A stretch of DNA of 64,000 nt from Octopus sinensis (GCF_006345805.1 NW_021836138.1:124001-188000), one strand, 5' to 3'. Shown: positions 13,195-26,540, counted from the first letter of the stretch. Translations and numbers: made by a program. Notes: a model not told the origin generated them from the sequence alone.

Positions 13195-13455
13195 AATAAA
13201 CTTGTATACAGTGCTCAGGTGCACTACAGCTAAAGAAAAAAAAAGGAGAGGACAGGGGCACCAGGTATACTGTTGGGGAAATTTCAGGAAGCATGTAAAT
13301 TTTGAAGAATATATAGTGTCTTGACAGCTAGCAACTGATGCAGGTAGTTTATTCTGTGCTTCAAGAATTCTGAGTATGAAAAAATATTTATGAAAGTCAC
13401 AGGTTCTGTGTTGTTTTTTGATTTTGTAAACATGTCCACGAGTGTTTGACATATG
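13195..13455 (-). mobile_element. CR1-type LINE 3' fragment (copy 2)
   Basis: NTRGHVYKIKKQHRTCDFHKYFFILRILEAQNKLPASVASC. Confidence 0.82.
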
Positions 13456-13469
13456 AAATTCAAAAAGGC

Positions 13470-13890
13470 ATTAGGTATACTGTTGGCGAGCTGGCAGAAT
13501 CGGTAGCATGCTGGGTGAAATGCTGAGCGGTATTTCGTCTGCCGCTACGTTCTGAGTTCAAATTCCGCCAAGGTCGACTTTGCCTTTCATCCTTTTGGGG
13601 TCGATTAAATAAGTACCAGTTACGCACTGGGGTCGAATTATCGACTTAACCCGTTTGTCTGTCCTTGTTTGTTCTCTCTGTGTTTAGCCCCTTGTGGTTA
13701 GTAAAGAAATATGTTGGTGAATTTCAGGAAGCATGGAAGTCTTGAAGGATGTAGTGTCTTGACAGCTAACAACTGATGCAAGTAGTTTATTCCATGCTTC
13801 AGGAATTCTGAGCATGAAAAGATATTTCCAAAAGTCATGGGTGCTGTGTTGTCTTTTGAATTTGTTGTCAACATTTTTGAAGTGCAAAAC
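13470..13890 (-). mobile_element. CR1-type LINE 3' fragment (copy 3), interrupted by a family B SINE
   Basis: KFKRQHSTHDFWKYLFMLRIPEAWNKLLASVVSCQDTTSFKTSMLPEI; sequence resumes after the SINE. Confidence 0.82.
13484..13711 (+). mobile_element. tRNA-derived SINE family B
   Basis: ggcgagctggcagaatcggtagc A box, gttctgagttcaaattcc B box, central gccttcatcc...ggggtcgat...agtaccag motif; flanked by tgttgg duplication. Confidence 0.92.
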
Positions 13891-14196
13891 TGCTACCTGT
13901 TCACTTACAAAAAATTTCTGCTGAATCTGAAAATTCTCGAAACTATTGTGATGTATATATTGCTTGGGATGTTTCTTTTGTTGTTGTTTTGGTTTTTGTT
14001 GATATAGGTAAATTGTCCTGGTTGGGTGCCCATAGCTGGTCAATAATTACTGATTTGTGATATCAGCTGTCTTTCATGTATTCCCTTATTCCTCATCTCT
14101 TCATTATCTCTTCCTTCGGGGCCCATTTTTCAAAGATTACAAAATGTGTTGGAGGACTGAAGGTTTCAAGGGGTGACCCAATGGACTGAGCAAGTT

Positions 14197-14199
<3 letters not shown>

Positions 14200-14288
<89 letters not shown>

Positions 14289-14350
14289 TATTGTTGTCAT
14301 AGTAGTGGAGATAGTGGCAGTTGTTGTAGTTGTGGTAGTGGCAGGAGTGG
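14200..14350. repeat. (GTA)n(GCA)n(GTA)n trinucleotide microsatellite
   Basis: Direct reading. Confidence 0.95.
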
Positions 14351-14579
14351 TAGTAAAAGTAATTGCTAAGGCGAGTTGGCAGTAGATGTAGCATTGGTAA
14401 TAGTACATTTCTCATGGCACCAGCAGGCAAAATGGAAAAGGTGTTGCCCTGGAGGATAGTGAGGGAAGCAATGCCAGTATTTATACTGATATTGACAACA
14501 ATAGAGCTGGCAAAGACAGTAATTACATTATTAAAACATTAAGGATATGTCTGTCTATCTATCTATCTTCTTTTATTCT

Positions 14580-15180
14580 TTTATTCTTTTACTTGTTTCA
14601 GTCATTTGACTACAACCATGCTGGAGCACTGCCTTTAGTTGAGCAAATCAACCCCAGGACTTATTCTTTGTAAGCCTATTACTTATTCTATTGGCCTCTT
14701 TTGCCGAACTGCTAAGTTACAGGGAAGTAAATACACCTGCATCAGTTGTCAAGTGATGTTGGGAGGACAAACACAGACACACAAGCATAATCACACATAT
14801 ACATATATATATATAATTCATATAAATACAGTGTATGTGTATATGAATAATATATAGTCTATTGACTAAATTTTTACATGCTGGACCACTGGTAATGGAA
14901 ATTTCTAATATTTCCAACTACCCTTTGATAATATTGATTATATATGTATATATATATATATGTATATATATATATGTATGTATATATATATATATATATG
15001 TATATGTATATATATATAAATATATATATACGATGAGCTTCTTTCAGTTTCCATCTACCAAATCCACTCACAAGGCTTTGGTTGGACCAAGGCTATAGTA
15101 GAAGACACTTGTCCAAGGTGCCATGCAGTGGGACTGAAACTGGAACTAGGTGGTTGGTAAGCAAGCTACTTACCACACAT
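14580..15180 (-). mobile_element. SINE family A with about 85 bp of extra sequence inside the internal microsatellite
   Basis: Tail 14580-14800, head 15030-15180, non-family sequence at 14850-14935. Confidence 0.85.
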
Positions 15181-15197
15181 TCACTCCTCTGTGTGTG

Positions 15198-15232
<35 letters not shown>

Positions 15233-15280
15233 TTCTATCTGTCTATCTATCTGTCTGTCTATCTATCTGTATATAAATGA

Positions 15281-15325
<45 letters not shown>

Positions 15326-16221
15326 TATCTATCCATCTGTCTGTCTATCCATCTGTATATAAATGAGTGTGTATGTGCGTATATATACACTATATATGCT
15401 TATGTACGCATTTGAATGCAAACATATGTGTGTGTGTCTTTGTGTATATTTTTAACATTTATATAAATACATATATATATGCTGACACATATTCATAAGA
15501 ATGAAAGATAATGCAATTTCTTGTGATATTAGTGTTTCCTTATTAATGCACCTGTGTTGTAGATTCTTCATTATACTTTCAAGATTTACTTTCATATAGA
15601 AACAAAGATGTAAAATGAAATAATTTGAGAAGTAATCTTTAATTCTACTTCTGTTCTGGGAAATATTTTCTAAAATGTATTGAATATCAAATTGATATCA
15701 TATTAATGTAAATGAAATAAAACCAACAGAAAAAAAAAATACTATGTTTATGTAAATTCCAAATAATAATAATAATAATAATAATAATATAATAGCAATA
15801 ATAATAACACCAATAACAACAACAACAACAACAACAATAAAAAGAATAATAATAACTACTACAATAACAATAAACATAATAATGATAATGATGATGATGA
15901 TGATGATGATATGTTTAGACAACAGTTACATTGTTTCAATTAAATTTTGCTTTTATACTTAGTTTATTTTATTTGGAAATCATGCATACACTCAAAGAAT
16001 GTTAGATTTTTTTATCCCCATCGCCTCCATAATCAATTACAATTTTATTGTTATGGTCTCTTTTGCTGGTGGAATGTGTATGTGTCCGCATCCATTGCGT
16101 GTTTTTTTTAATGTTTTCCATATGTTCCTTCATAATCTTTCTGTGCAAAATTTTCCTATTGTTTACACACCCTCTTTTTGTTTCCTACTCTCAGTGACAC
16201 CTTAGATATCAAGGAATATCT

Positions 16222-16440
16222 GGTGGTGGGCTGGCAGAATCGTTAGCATGCCAGGAAAAAATGCTTAGTGACATTTCATCTGTGTTTATGTTCTGAGTTC
16301 AAATTCTGCTAAGGCCGACTTTACCTTTCATCCTTTCAGGGTTGATAAAAGAAGCACCAATTGAGCACAGGGGGAAGGAACTGATCTAATTAACTCTCCT
16401 AAAACTGCTGGCCTTGTGCCAAAATTTGAAATCAATATTT
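16222..16440 (+). mobile_element. Older SINE family B copy
   Basis: gggctggcagaatcgttagcatgccagg...gttctgagttcaaattctgct...cctttcatcctttcagggttgataaaa. Confidence 0.8.
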
Positions 16441-16465
16441 GATACAACATCCTCTATCTAACTAT

Positions 16466-16705
16466 CTTTTTTTTCTCTTTTACTCTTTTACTTGTTTCAG
16501 TCATTTGACTGCGGCCATGCTGGAGCACCGCCTTTAGTCGAGCAACTCGACCCCGGGACTTATTCTTTGTAAGCCCAGTACTTATTCTATCGGTCTCTTT
16601 TGCTGAACCGCTAAGTGATGGGGACGTAAACACACCAGCATCGGTTGTCAAGCAATGCTAGGGAGACAAACGCAAACACACAAACACATACACACACATG
16701 CATAT
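16466..16705 (-). mobile_element. SINE family A, 3' half
   Basis: Near-consensus tail region. Confidence 0.88.
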
Positions 16706-17263
16706 ACATATATACATCTATCTATCTATCTATCCATCTGTCTGTCTTCTCTACTCATTTTACTTCTCATTTGCTTTTTCTATCTACCCTTCTCACTTTA
16801 TTGTTCCTCCATCATTCTCCTTTCTTGTTTTGCACAACACTCCTGTATCCCCTTTCACTCCTTTATTCCCTTCTCCATCAGCATTTCTTTCTATCTTTCC
16901 ATCTGCCTCTTATTTCACTTTACTTACCTTTCATTTCTTTTTCTGGCTATCTTTGTCAACTATTCACAATCCATTCTTTTTCCTTTCCCACTCCACACTC
17001 CCTTTTTCTTCATATTTATTCCTCTCCAACCTTCTCTTGTTTCATTTCCTTTTAATTCTCTGCCTGGCCACTGACCTGGTCAGTTTGACTTTTTCACCTC
17101 CTCACTACTGCATTTACTTCAGCCCCTGGTTTGTCTTTTACTTCTCTTCTCAACTCCTAAAGGACCACATGCTTTCCACATGCATTATTTTCATACATGT
17201 CTTATTTTATTTCCGTCTTACAGCTGAGTAAAGCATTCTATGTAATATAATATAATATATAAT

Positions 17264-17490
17264 ACTAGCTGGGCCTGTGCTGTCAAAAATGACGAGTTTT
17301 ATACTATTTTATATATAAATAAGGTTCAAAAGCAACGTTTTAGTTTAATAATTTTTTTATTACCAAATTTATAATATATCTTTCAACTGCAGTCGTTTTA
17401 TATTCTTGATATACTCAGGCAATAATAATTTTCTCTAATGAGTTTATATATGTATATGTTTGTGTAGGCGTGTGTGATTGTAATAATTTA
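17264..17490 (-). mobile_element. Possible Helitron-type non-autonomous element 3' end
   Basis: Minus strand ends cgtcatttttgacagcacaggcccagCTAGt (subterminal hairpin plus CTAG). Confidence 0.4.
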
Positions 17491-17960
17491 ATAGTTATCG
17501 AGAAGCTAACATGGCAGTCCAGGAAAATAGGGTGAACACTGCCATTGATTAGCTCCAAGTGGCCATTGCCTCTAGCTAGCTATGTGACACACAAACCAGT
17601 ATCCACTACAACCTTTGAACAGAGGAGGTCAGCAGCTTCCCCTTGCTGGTTCAACATCCATAGACTAGTTTCAGGGTGATTGTCCCTTTTCAATGTGGAG
17701 TAGATGAACCCAGCAGGTATCACCGCTGACTGTCTGTTTGAAGGTTTATTTACCTATACTCAGTGGAACACATCCACTGGTTTTCAAAAATCTCTCTAAA
17801 GGAGACTACAGTAGCAGTACTGGATATTAATAGTTATCGCCATGCTAACATGGCAATCCAGGACAATAGGACGAATGCTGCCTTTGATTAGCTCCAAGAG
17901 GCCATCGCCTCTAGCTAGCTATGTGGCACACAAACCTGTGTCCATTACAACCTTCGAACA
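17490..17960. repeat. Two diverged direct copies of an about 130-bp segment (17490-17620, 17829-17960)
   Basis: aatagttatcg...gctaacatggca.tccagga.aatagg...gattagctccaag.ggcca..gcctctagctagctatgtg.cacacaaacc; roughly 80% identical by eye. Confidence 0.8.
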
Positions 17961-18104
17961 TGTTTACCTTACTTTGAAACTCCATACACATCACATGCAT
18001 GTGAAAAATTTCATACTGCATCTATTTCTGCTTACACATGGTACTTTTCTTTGTACAAAACGTCAAAAGAACTACTTCATTTTAATTACATTTTTCCAAT
18101 CCTA

Positions 18105-19140
18105 TGTCGGCCTAAAACAGGCCATAAATCGTAGTCATTTCCGACTCCTGCATTGAAATCTCCCAATATGACCAGCTTGTCAGAAATTGGTACTTTCCTC
18201 AATAATTGTGCTAGATCACCATAAAACTGTCCTATACTTTCATAAGAATGAGACATTGATGGTGCATAAATACTGAATACGAAACCTACCTTTAGTCAGT
18301 TTTATACGGCATGACATGGTTCGTTCAGTTGTACTACTTAGGAGCTCTGCAATGGAGGATATTAAGGAATTCATTCTCTCAAGAATGAATTTTTGGGAGC
18401 AAATACAACACCAGATTCTCTACGCTGACCCTCAGGTAGGCCTCTCCAAAAGATAATGTATTCGTAAATAAGTTCATTTATTTGTCCCTCACCAGGGAGA
18501 CTAGTTTCAGAGAGCACAACTATATCAAGGGAATATTTTTTAAGCTCACATGCAATAAGTGCAGTTTGCCCTTCTGGTCTCTTGTTGAAATTATCATCAA
18601 GAAGCGTGCACACATTCCAATAGCCAAAATTCAAAGGATGTTTATTTTACTTTCTCTTGAAGATTGTTTGACCACAGTGGAAGGATGGCTACCGGGCCCA
18701 GCCTGTGATACACCGGGACACCTGCCGAACCAGGCCTGTTACTCTGACGTTCCCAAGCATTTTTTGACATTTACTGAATCTGAGACATTTTAGAGTGAGT
18801 TACAAGTACATTTTTAGGTTTCTGCCAATGAACTAATTTAATGACTTTACTAAGATTTCTTGTACAGGAAGTACCTGTGCAGATGAATAATTTCCAGTGG
18901 GTGTAGCTTGCACTGCACTACCCCCACCTATTTGCGCAAGAAGTCTTTCGCCGGTGTGACATAAAAATTGACAAAACCAGGAACTTCCAAGGCCTCAGGT
19001 TTTATTTCGGAGATTTCATTCTCCTAGGTAGGTTACCAACCAAGCTTAAAGAGCTTATACCTGCCCATTCCAGACACCAAACCGACACTTAAACACTCTA
19101 TAAAGTGATCAAATATCACTCCGGTGTCCAATGCAGAGTA
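18105..19140 (-). mobile_element. RTE-clade LINE 5' fragment (5' UTR plus decayed APE endonuclease)
   Basis: MNFGYWNVCTLLD...RPEGQTALIACELKKYSLDIVVLSETSLPGEGQ...IFWRGLPEGQRRESGVVFA, then FYGDLAQLLRKVPISDKLVILGDFNA. Confidence 0.9.
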
Positions 19141-19297
19141 GCTCATTCATAAAAAAAACAGAAGAATGATATGTGATTTGCAAATATAAATAAGAATAAA
19201 ATATAAATAATATATATAAATATAAAAGTAAAAGATATGCAATTTGAAAATATAAATAAAGTAAGATTTAAATATAAATAATGTATATATAAAAGTA

Positions 19298-19328
<31 letters not shown>

Positions 19329-19639
19329 AAAATTTGACATGGGTGATTCTTTCTTGTATATTTTTTTGTAGACGTATAAGAATAAAAAATGAAAAGAAAA
19401 GGTATATACATATTTACAGATATTTTGTTGGATGGTCATTGACTGCTCATGAGTTCCTCCATCCTTTCACAAGTCTTATTTTTCATCCCGCAGGGTGTCC
19501 AAATAACACCCTCCTCACCAAGCAAGCCTGGTGGGGTTGCCAGTTTAGTCGCCCACGACCCGACCATGCAACAGGTGGTACTGGATTACATGTTATCAGT
19601 AGCACACAAGAGTGACCTGACTTTATATATAATCAGCCG

Positions 19640-19748
19640 AAATTGCGAGGATGATGCGGTTTTTGACTGAAGATTAGAGGCTTCGAATGACCCGTCCGTT
19701 TTCGTATCGTCTATTTGAATGTTTTGCGTTCTTGACCCATTTGGTATT

Positions 19749-19781
<33 letters not shown>

Positions 19782-19990
19782 ACTTCGTAAACACCAGTCG
19801 CGTTTTTTTCCCTCTTTCGCCCACTTCGGGATCTTTCTTCTTTCCTCCTTCTCTTATGTTTCCGACGAAGAGCTCCGCTCGAAACGTCATACCCTCCTTC
19901 TTCCATTTTCCTGAGCGCCTAATAATAATAATACTGTAATTGTTTCACGTGTTGTTGTTTTTTCTGTTTTCCCGTTTGGATTAACCTTAT
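19640..19990 (+). mobile_element. Penelope-type terminal repeat (pLTR) fragments between (TA)n tracts
   Basis: 19800-19990 homologous to 27022-27185 (reverse) and 58198-58287; carries a hammerhead motif. Confidence 0.65.
19858..19892 (+). ncRNA. Minimal type-I hammerhead motif, U4C core (CCGACGA)
   Basis: gttt-ccgacga-a-gagc/tcc/gctc-gaaa-cg-TC-atac; GUC triplet, one stem I mismatch. Confidence 0.65.
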
Positions 19991-20011
19991 ATATATATAT
20001 ATATATATGTG

Positions 20012-20076
<65 letters not shown>

Positions 20077-20080
20077 CACA

Positions 20081-20112
<32 letters not shown>

Positions 20113-21344
20113 CATACAATATATATATATATTTATACAAAGGCTTTTGCAAAAATTCTTGATGTACTCACAAAGTTTGAAGAAAGATTTTCTGAAATTA
20201 TAAATATTTATTATATAAAAAATCTGTAAGAAACCGGAATTTGTAACCACTGCTACTTAAAACATCTTCCTCTCTATATCTATTACCCTACAAAACATGA
20301 TTTTAAAGAAAACAAACAGTGAAAGCGTTTAGAGAAAATACGGAAACATTCTCTCAAAATAAGGTTCGTCTCATTCTTCGTTTTTAATATTATAAGTAAC
20401 TTACAATTTACAATTAAAAAAATTATCAGTGTGTGTGTGTGTGCGTGTGTTGTTTATGTCATAGCAATTGATAAATTTCAACAGAACATGAAATAATTAT
20501 TTTCTGGAAAGCTGGATACTGGCGTAGGTATATTACAAATAACTGCTTGTAAATATCTGCTTCAAAAATTCAACTCACACAACGAAAAAAAAATTACATA
20601 TATGTATGTGTGTTTGTATGTGTATGTGTGCGTATGTGTGTGTATGTGTGTATGCATTTGTGTATCTTTCTGTGTGAGTATGTACGTATACCTTCATACA
20701 TTCATATGCATCTATACAAATATATAAATATATTATATATAGTAATATTTCGTGATAGTCATTTTTTGTCACATAAACACACGCACTATATATTCGTTCT
20801 TCATTTGAGTTTTTCCATTGTTCTTATTTAAGTGTTCGTTATCTGAAATCATTCGTCACACCTCCTGTGACCTCTTCTGTGACTCTTCATCCTACATATC
20901 TCTTCCTATTCTGTTTAGCCCATCGTCATTAGGAATTTTGCAAAACAAATACATAAATATCATATATATTTATATATTTATTAAAGAACAACTGATGAAT
21001 GTGTACAAGTTTTATGCAAATAATGTATAAATACTTGCACAGGTAAAAAAGAATTATCTGTTAAAAGCATTATTATATTCTAATCTAATTTTTTAAAGTT
21101 TTTCCCACCAATATATTCGACCTTGTGACTGTGTAGTTCAGTAGTTTGCTTTCTATTCACATAGTTTCGATTCACGACTTAGTCCCGCTTCGAGGCACTT
21201 TGGCCAATGGCTTTCATTTAGCACAACCAAAAGCTTGTGAGTGGATTTCGTAATGATAATAAAGATATTATATAGTTTTGTACAAAATACGTTTTGTTCT
21301 TTCAACATAATTGAAGTTAGAATCGGTTTCGCATTGCTCGTCAA

Positions 21345-21846
21345 TCTGAGAGTTGAAAGAAATAAATTGCTAAGGGAAAAAAATCTCCAAAGGCATACAT
21401 ACATACATCAGCACCAGGAGAACTAAAATTACGCCCTATTGTTGCTGGACCTTCCTGTGAAAAACATCGATTAAGTTACTTCATGGACATTCTCCTGAAA
21501 CCATTTCTAAAACAAATCAAGAATCATATTAGAGATGACTTAGATATGTTAAATCCCCTTCCAGAAAGATGCATATAAGGTGCTTCTAAAGACATGAACA
21601 TGACATACATAGGGGAGACATCTAGGAGCATTGCGGAACGACTAAATGAACATCTGAGACAACATGACAACAAAATGCAGTTCTCCATACTCTACCAACA
21701 TGCCAAAGACCAACATGGAGGAAGCTTGGGTTAACTTGACATCCGCATCTTATCCAAGAACCCAAAAGATACAACACTCAAACAAATACGGGAGTACGTC
21801 CTTATAAATGAAACTTCAACAATACTAAATAGGAAATATACATAGT
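21345..21846 (+). pseudogene. Penelope-like element remnant: RT N-terminal segment joined in frame to GIY-YIG endonuclease
   Basis: LKLRPIVAGPSCEKHRLSYFMDILLKPFLKQIKNHIRDDLDMLNPLP then MTYIGETSRSIAERLNEH...LKQIREYVLINE; two internal stops. Confidence 0.85.
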
Positions 21847-22159
21847 TGATATCATACACCCCATACCCACAGTTTACACAGGTAGAGTAGAATAGTTTGT
21901 GGGCTATTATGTAGATAGATATATGTATGTATATGTGGTTGGGTGAGTGTATGTATATATGTGTATATGCACATGTATGTAAGCATATAGATGTACATAG
22001 GTTACATGAACAGACATGCACACATATGCAAATGGAGACTGAAACACATGACCTTATACACACACACACTTTACTTCACACAAGGACACATATGGAGACA
22101 CATGTCCACATATATGGAGATGCACATCCATACATACAAACACAGTACATAGTTGCAAA

Positions 22160-22620
22160 ACACACACACGCAGGGAGACAGAGATGCATACATATACAAA
22201 CACACGCATACACACATACATAAAAAATACACAAACACAGACATACAAGCACATGAATATGCAGAATACATACAGATGCACACATATACATATATACATA
22301 TGCATACAAACACAAATATGCATACTCACACATACATGCATACATACATACATGCATACATCCATCCATCCATCCATCCATCCATACATACATACATACA
22401 TAATACATACATACATACATACATACATGCATGCATGCATGCATACATACATACATACATACATACATACATACATACATACAACATACATACATACAAC
22501 ATACATACATACATACATGCATGCATGCATGCATGCATACATACATACATACATACATACATACATACATACATACATACATACATACATGCATTCATAG
22601 GCACACACAGACCCACACAC
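22160..22620. repeat. Long (CATA)n/(CATG)n/(CATC)n compound microsatellite
   Basis: Direct reading; source of many spurious ORFs. Confidence 0.95.
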
Positions 22621-22654
22621 ATGCGCACAAACAAGCAAAAAATAACGTACTGTA

Positions 22655-22870
22655 AATAACGGACAGAGTCAAGACTATTGAAAAGGTTGCGAGACGCAAC
22701 GAAAATTTTATGAAAATAAAAATGAGAAATAAGTGGAAATTTTACCGGTGAGTGTGTTAAATTATAAGGCACAAAAAGAAAATGACTCTCCCCAGACACA
22801 ACAGAATATGCTTCAATACACGAACTCATATAAAGAATCTTGCAAACCAAATCCTAAAACGAAATATATA
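22655..22870 (+). mobile_element. Penelope-type terminal repeat, same family as the 55050-55309 mini-element
   Basis: Shared ccggtgagtgtgttaaattataaggcacaaaaagaaaatgactctccccagacacaacagaatatgcttc. Confidence 0.7.
22675..22711 (+). ncRNA. Minimal hammerhead motif, U3-A8 core
   Basis: cta-ttgaaaa-g-gttgcg/aga/cgcaac-gaaa-at-TT-tat; one stem I mismatch. Confidence 0.55.
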
Positions 22871-23097
22871 TACATAAATATAATTTGAATAGAGGATATG
22901 TTAACTTCGTGAAGGGATGGTTGCATCCAAGGAAATATTGGTTCAATACCTAGCATTTTGGGGTAATGAAATTCCTTTACAACAATAGGTATATATAAAG
23001 CATACATTTAATATCCATTTAAAAGAAGAAAATAGAGTTTAGGAAGTTAATAATTGTTTATTCTTAACTTCCTTATCGCCATTTTCTTTTCTCCTTT

Positions 23098-23139
<42 letters not shown>

Positions 23140-23746
23140 GTGTGTGTGTGTGTGTATGCCCATACATACTCACATGCACACACACTCACACACACGTATA
23201 TAAAGAACTGGAGTCGGTTCCTTTGGCTAAAATTCTTCAAGGCGGGGCACCTGTATGGCCGCAATGTAAATCAACAGCTTTAAAGTATAAGCAGGTAAAC
23301 AATTGGTTTCGGGTCAGATTATGATACTTACATATTTAAATATTGACACAACTTGAGGGCAGAATTAAATGTTATAGAAGTTTACATCAGAGGGAGTCGA
23401 TAAAAGATCAGTTGAAGAATGTTCGTAATGGTTCAGGTGTATGCTGGTATTCTTCCAAGTAGTAACAATAATAATTTGAGTTTTAACAATAATACTCGCA
23501 GTAATAATAAAATGTGCACTTCAAAGAAATAGGAATGCGTATCCTTTAAGCAATATCTACTTCACAGAAATATATATAAATGCTCAGACCAAATGAAGAT
23601 AATGTATACAGATTATACGGCAGTAACCGCCGATTGCATAAAACATAGATGAAGGAACCATACCGCCTCATTTAAAAACGAAAACAAGATGCATAATACC
23701 TCCCTGGGAAAACTAATTTAGTAACAAACTGAAAATAAAATAAAAT

Positions 23747-24165
23747 AGGCGCAGGAGTGGTTGTGTGGTAAGTAGCTTGCTTACCAACCACATGGTTCCG
23801 AGTTCAGTCCCACTGCGTGGCACCTTGGGCAAATGTCTTCTACTATAGCCTCCGGCCGACCAAAGCCTTGTGAGTGGATTTGGTAGACGGAAACTGAAAG
23901 AAGCCCGAAGCCCGTCGAATATATGTATATATATGTATGTGCATGTATGTTTGTGTGTCTGTGTTTGTCCCCCTAGCATTGCTTGACAACCGATGCTGGT
24001 GTGTTTAGGTCCCCGTAACTTAGCGGTTCGGCAAAAGAGACCGATAGAATAAGTACTGGGCTTACAAAGAATAAGTCCCGGGGTCGAGTTGCTCGACTAA
24101 AGGCGGTGCTCCAGCATGGCCGCAGTTAAATGACTGAAACAAGTAAAAGAGTAAAAGAGTAAGAG
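23747..24165 (+). mobile_element. SINE family A, full length
   Basis: Near-consensus head, core and tail. Confidence 0.93.
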
Positions 24166-24189
24166 TATTTCCTCATTTGTACTACACAT

Positions 24190-24330
24190 CGTGTTTCCAT
24201 TTGACGGTGGGGATGAAAATTGCGATTTGCGTATCGAGGAAACATTCTGGATATATTGTCAAAAGAGAAGCTAATTAATGAGCATTCGGAACTTATCAAA
24301 AGATGCTAACATTTATTTCGAAAAATCTTC
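24190..24330 (+). pseudogene. Decayed Penelope GIY-YIG C-terminus
   Basis: FDGGDENCDLRIEETFWI / KLINEHSELIKRC resembles the CxLCxxEK...LNKRSELxxxC tail also seen at 63340-63520. Confidence 0.45.
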
Positions 24331-24489
24331 AAAAGGTATCATCTCCAGCCGGTTTTCAGTAAAGTGCTTAATGGTCTGGTAGCTATCTTGATTCAAGGTT
24401 CTGTATGTCTGCGGAAATATTTTTATGATCTATGGAATTTACCATCTAAAATTTATACGCAACAAGTTCTCCTGAGCGACACACTCGGA

Positions 24490-24792
24490 CTTGTTTGTTT
24501 GTTCCTTCTCGAGCCACGCCTGGCTCATAAAGGCCGGTTTCCCGGTTTCCTTGGCGTGTAGGTTCCCCACCTAGATAGGACGCTGGTCCCTCGCAGCCGA
24601 GCTGCAAGATGCAGGAGGAAAGAGTGAGAGAAAGTTGTGGTGAAAGAGTCAGTTCGTCATTACCTTCTGCCGGAGCCGCGTGGAGCTTAGGTGTTTCGCT
24701 CATAAACACACACATCGCCCGGTCTGAGATTCGAACCCGCGAGCCCTCGACCGCGAGCCCGCTGCTCTAACCACTAGGCCATGTGCCTCCAC
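24490..24792 (-). mobile_element. SINE family D
   Basis: Minus: tggaggcacatggcctagtggttagagcagcgggctcgcggtcgagggctcgcgggttcgaatctcagacc. Confidence 0.92.
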
Positions 24793-25679
24793 TCGGACTT
24801 TAATGGACTACATCTATTAAATATCCTGGAAAATATTAATACAGTGGCTTCTGTAGTTCATGGATTCAACTTTCTATATTTGGTCATATTTGCATAATCA
24901 ATACATCCTGAATCTTGCTTTCGGTTGCATTCGACTATGAAATTTGGATTTTCCTCTATAAATCGATCAAAGGGGGACAATGAACTTCTGTTGCATAACA
25001 TTATCAATTTTCTCCTGTCTGTGTGAAACTATGTAATAAGGGCATTTATGCACAAATACTGTTGCAGGGTTGACAATGTTATCATGTGTGATATGCTGGA
25101 ATTAAAGGTAGATATGTTCGTCAAGCAGTAGTGTTTAGCCTGCTTATATATGTATGAGGGGGAATATGTAAACCCATGGATATTTTACTCCAAGCGTGTA
25201 GAACATGTATATGTATTAATCATAAATGCTTATGCAACGCACGTATTTAATTTTGCGTGTGGAAATGTAAGAGAAGAGAAGAATATATTTAGGTGGAGGT
25301 ATTCATGAATATGTGTGTCGACAGATAAATTTTTTAAATGTGTGCATGAATGAACATTTAAAATTATTAGTCTGAGAGAGAGAGAGAGGCGGTAGAGATG
25401 GAGGGAGAGAGATGGGGAAGGGAGTGTGTGTGTATGTCTACGTGCGTGTGCACTTGTGATAATCATTTTTCTCTGAAAGGGTGTATAAAATAGAATGAAT
25501 GCATGGTGAATGCATGGGCACAGCTAGACACGCACAAAAATATGAACAGGGCAGATAATTATTTCGTCAAAATATAATCACCCCTCCTTAATCCGCTTGA
25601 TCGCTTGCATTCATTTGTTTCTATAACATAAATGTATTCATGTGGACGACTCCAACTTTTATATATATTTTGATTTCAG

Positions 25680-25717
25680 AATTATTCGGTATAATATTTT
25701 TACAAAATTCTGAAGAA
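25680..25717 (+). CDS. Candidate 38-nt internal exon (ELFGIIFLQNSEE)
   Basis: ttttgatttcag acceptor, GAA/gtatgt donor, only one open frame; chance match possible. Confidence 0.22.
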
Positions 25718-26076
25718 GTATGTGCAACGTGCTAAAGGAGATGTCGTGCATAACACATGAACATTTATCAATAGTCGCAGGACTGATCACGGCATTACGC
25801 TAGATTAGTTACATCGTAATATGATGAAACGATTGTAAATGAAGAATTAAAACTATTTGCTAACCCCATTCTTTCGAATGTGTTATAATTACTCTACGGA
25901 TATTTGTGGATCCTCGGATAATTCGTGTGGTAAAATAGAAAAGTTCCTGTCTTTTTAATTTTCTGACAGCTATCTGTGGAAGTGTTTCATGTGGTCAACA
26001 CCATATTATATACCCCAACTCATCGTATATATATATATATATATATATGCGTGTGCATATATATTATATATATATA

Positions 26077-26540
26077 AACCAGCAGTATATCCCGGCGTTG
26101 CCCGCGATTAAGTTAGGATTATTAAGCTAATCAAGTGCTTTGTTTCAAACCAAACTAGGTAACGCCTACGTCTAATTTGAGTGAAATCCGTTGAAATTGG
26201 TAAACGTTTGGCTGAAAATGGCTTCCAGACAATTTGATTGGGAAATCCAATAAGGTATCGGTTTATCGATTTTTCCACTCACCGTTTGTTTTTTTTTTGT
26301 TTTTTTTTTGGAGAACCTAAAGCATTCAAAGTTTCCACGAGTCCTAAAGTAACGCCAGCATCAAGTTTGAACAAAATACGTCAAAATTGGTAAAAGTTAT
26401 GGTTGGAAATGGGGTGTAGCCAATTTTAGTGGGAAATCCTATAAGGAATCGGTTTATCGATTTTCAGCTTGATTGAATGGAAAACCTCATAAAGAATCAG
26501 TTTATTGTTGATTCAAAAGAACTTATATTTATACATTACA
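26077..26540 (-). mobile_element. Helitron-type non-autonomous element
   Basis: Minus-strand 3' end cgcgggcaacgccgggatatactgCTGG (hairpin plus CTRR). Confidence 0.6.

Noticed and set aside
24194-24205. FPFD motif suggesting a Cys-loop / chemotactile receptor exon
   Set aside because: Spacing to the next Cys is wrong, a stop follows, and the adjacent frame fits a decayed GIY-YIG C-terminus better
12970-24792. tRNA-like sequences at SINE heads (for example 13061 and 24792, minus)
   Set aside because: A/B boxes continue into SINE bodies; no complete cloverleaf
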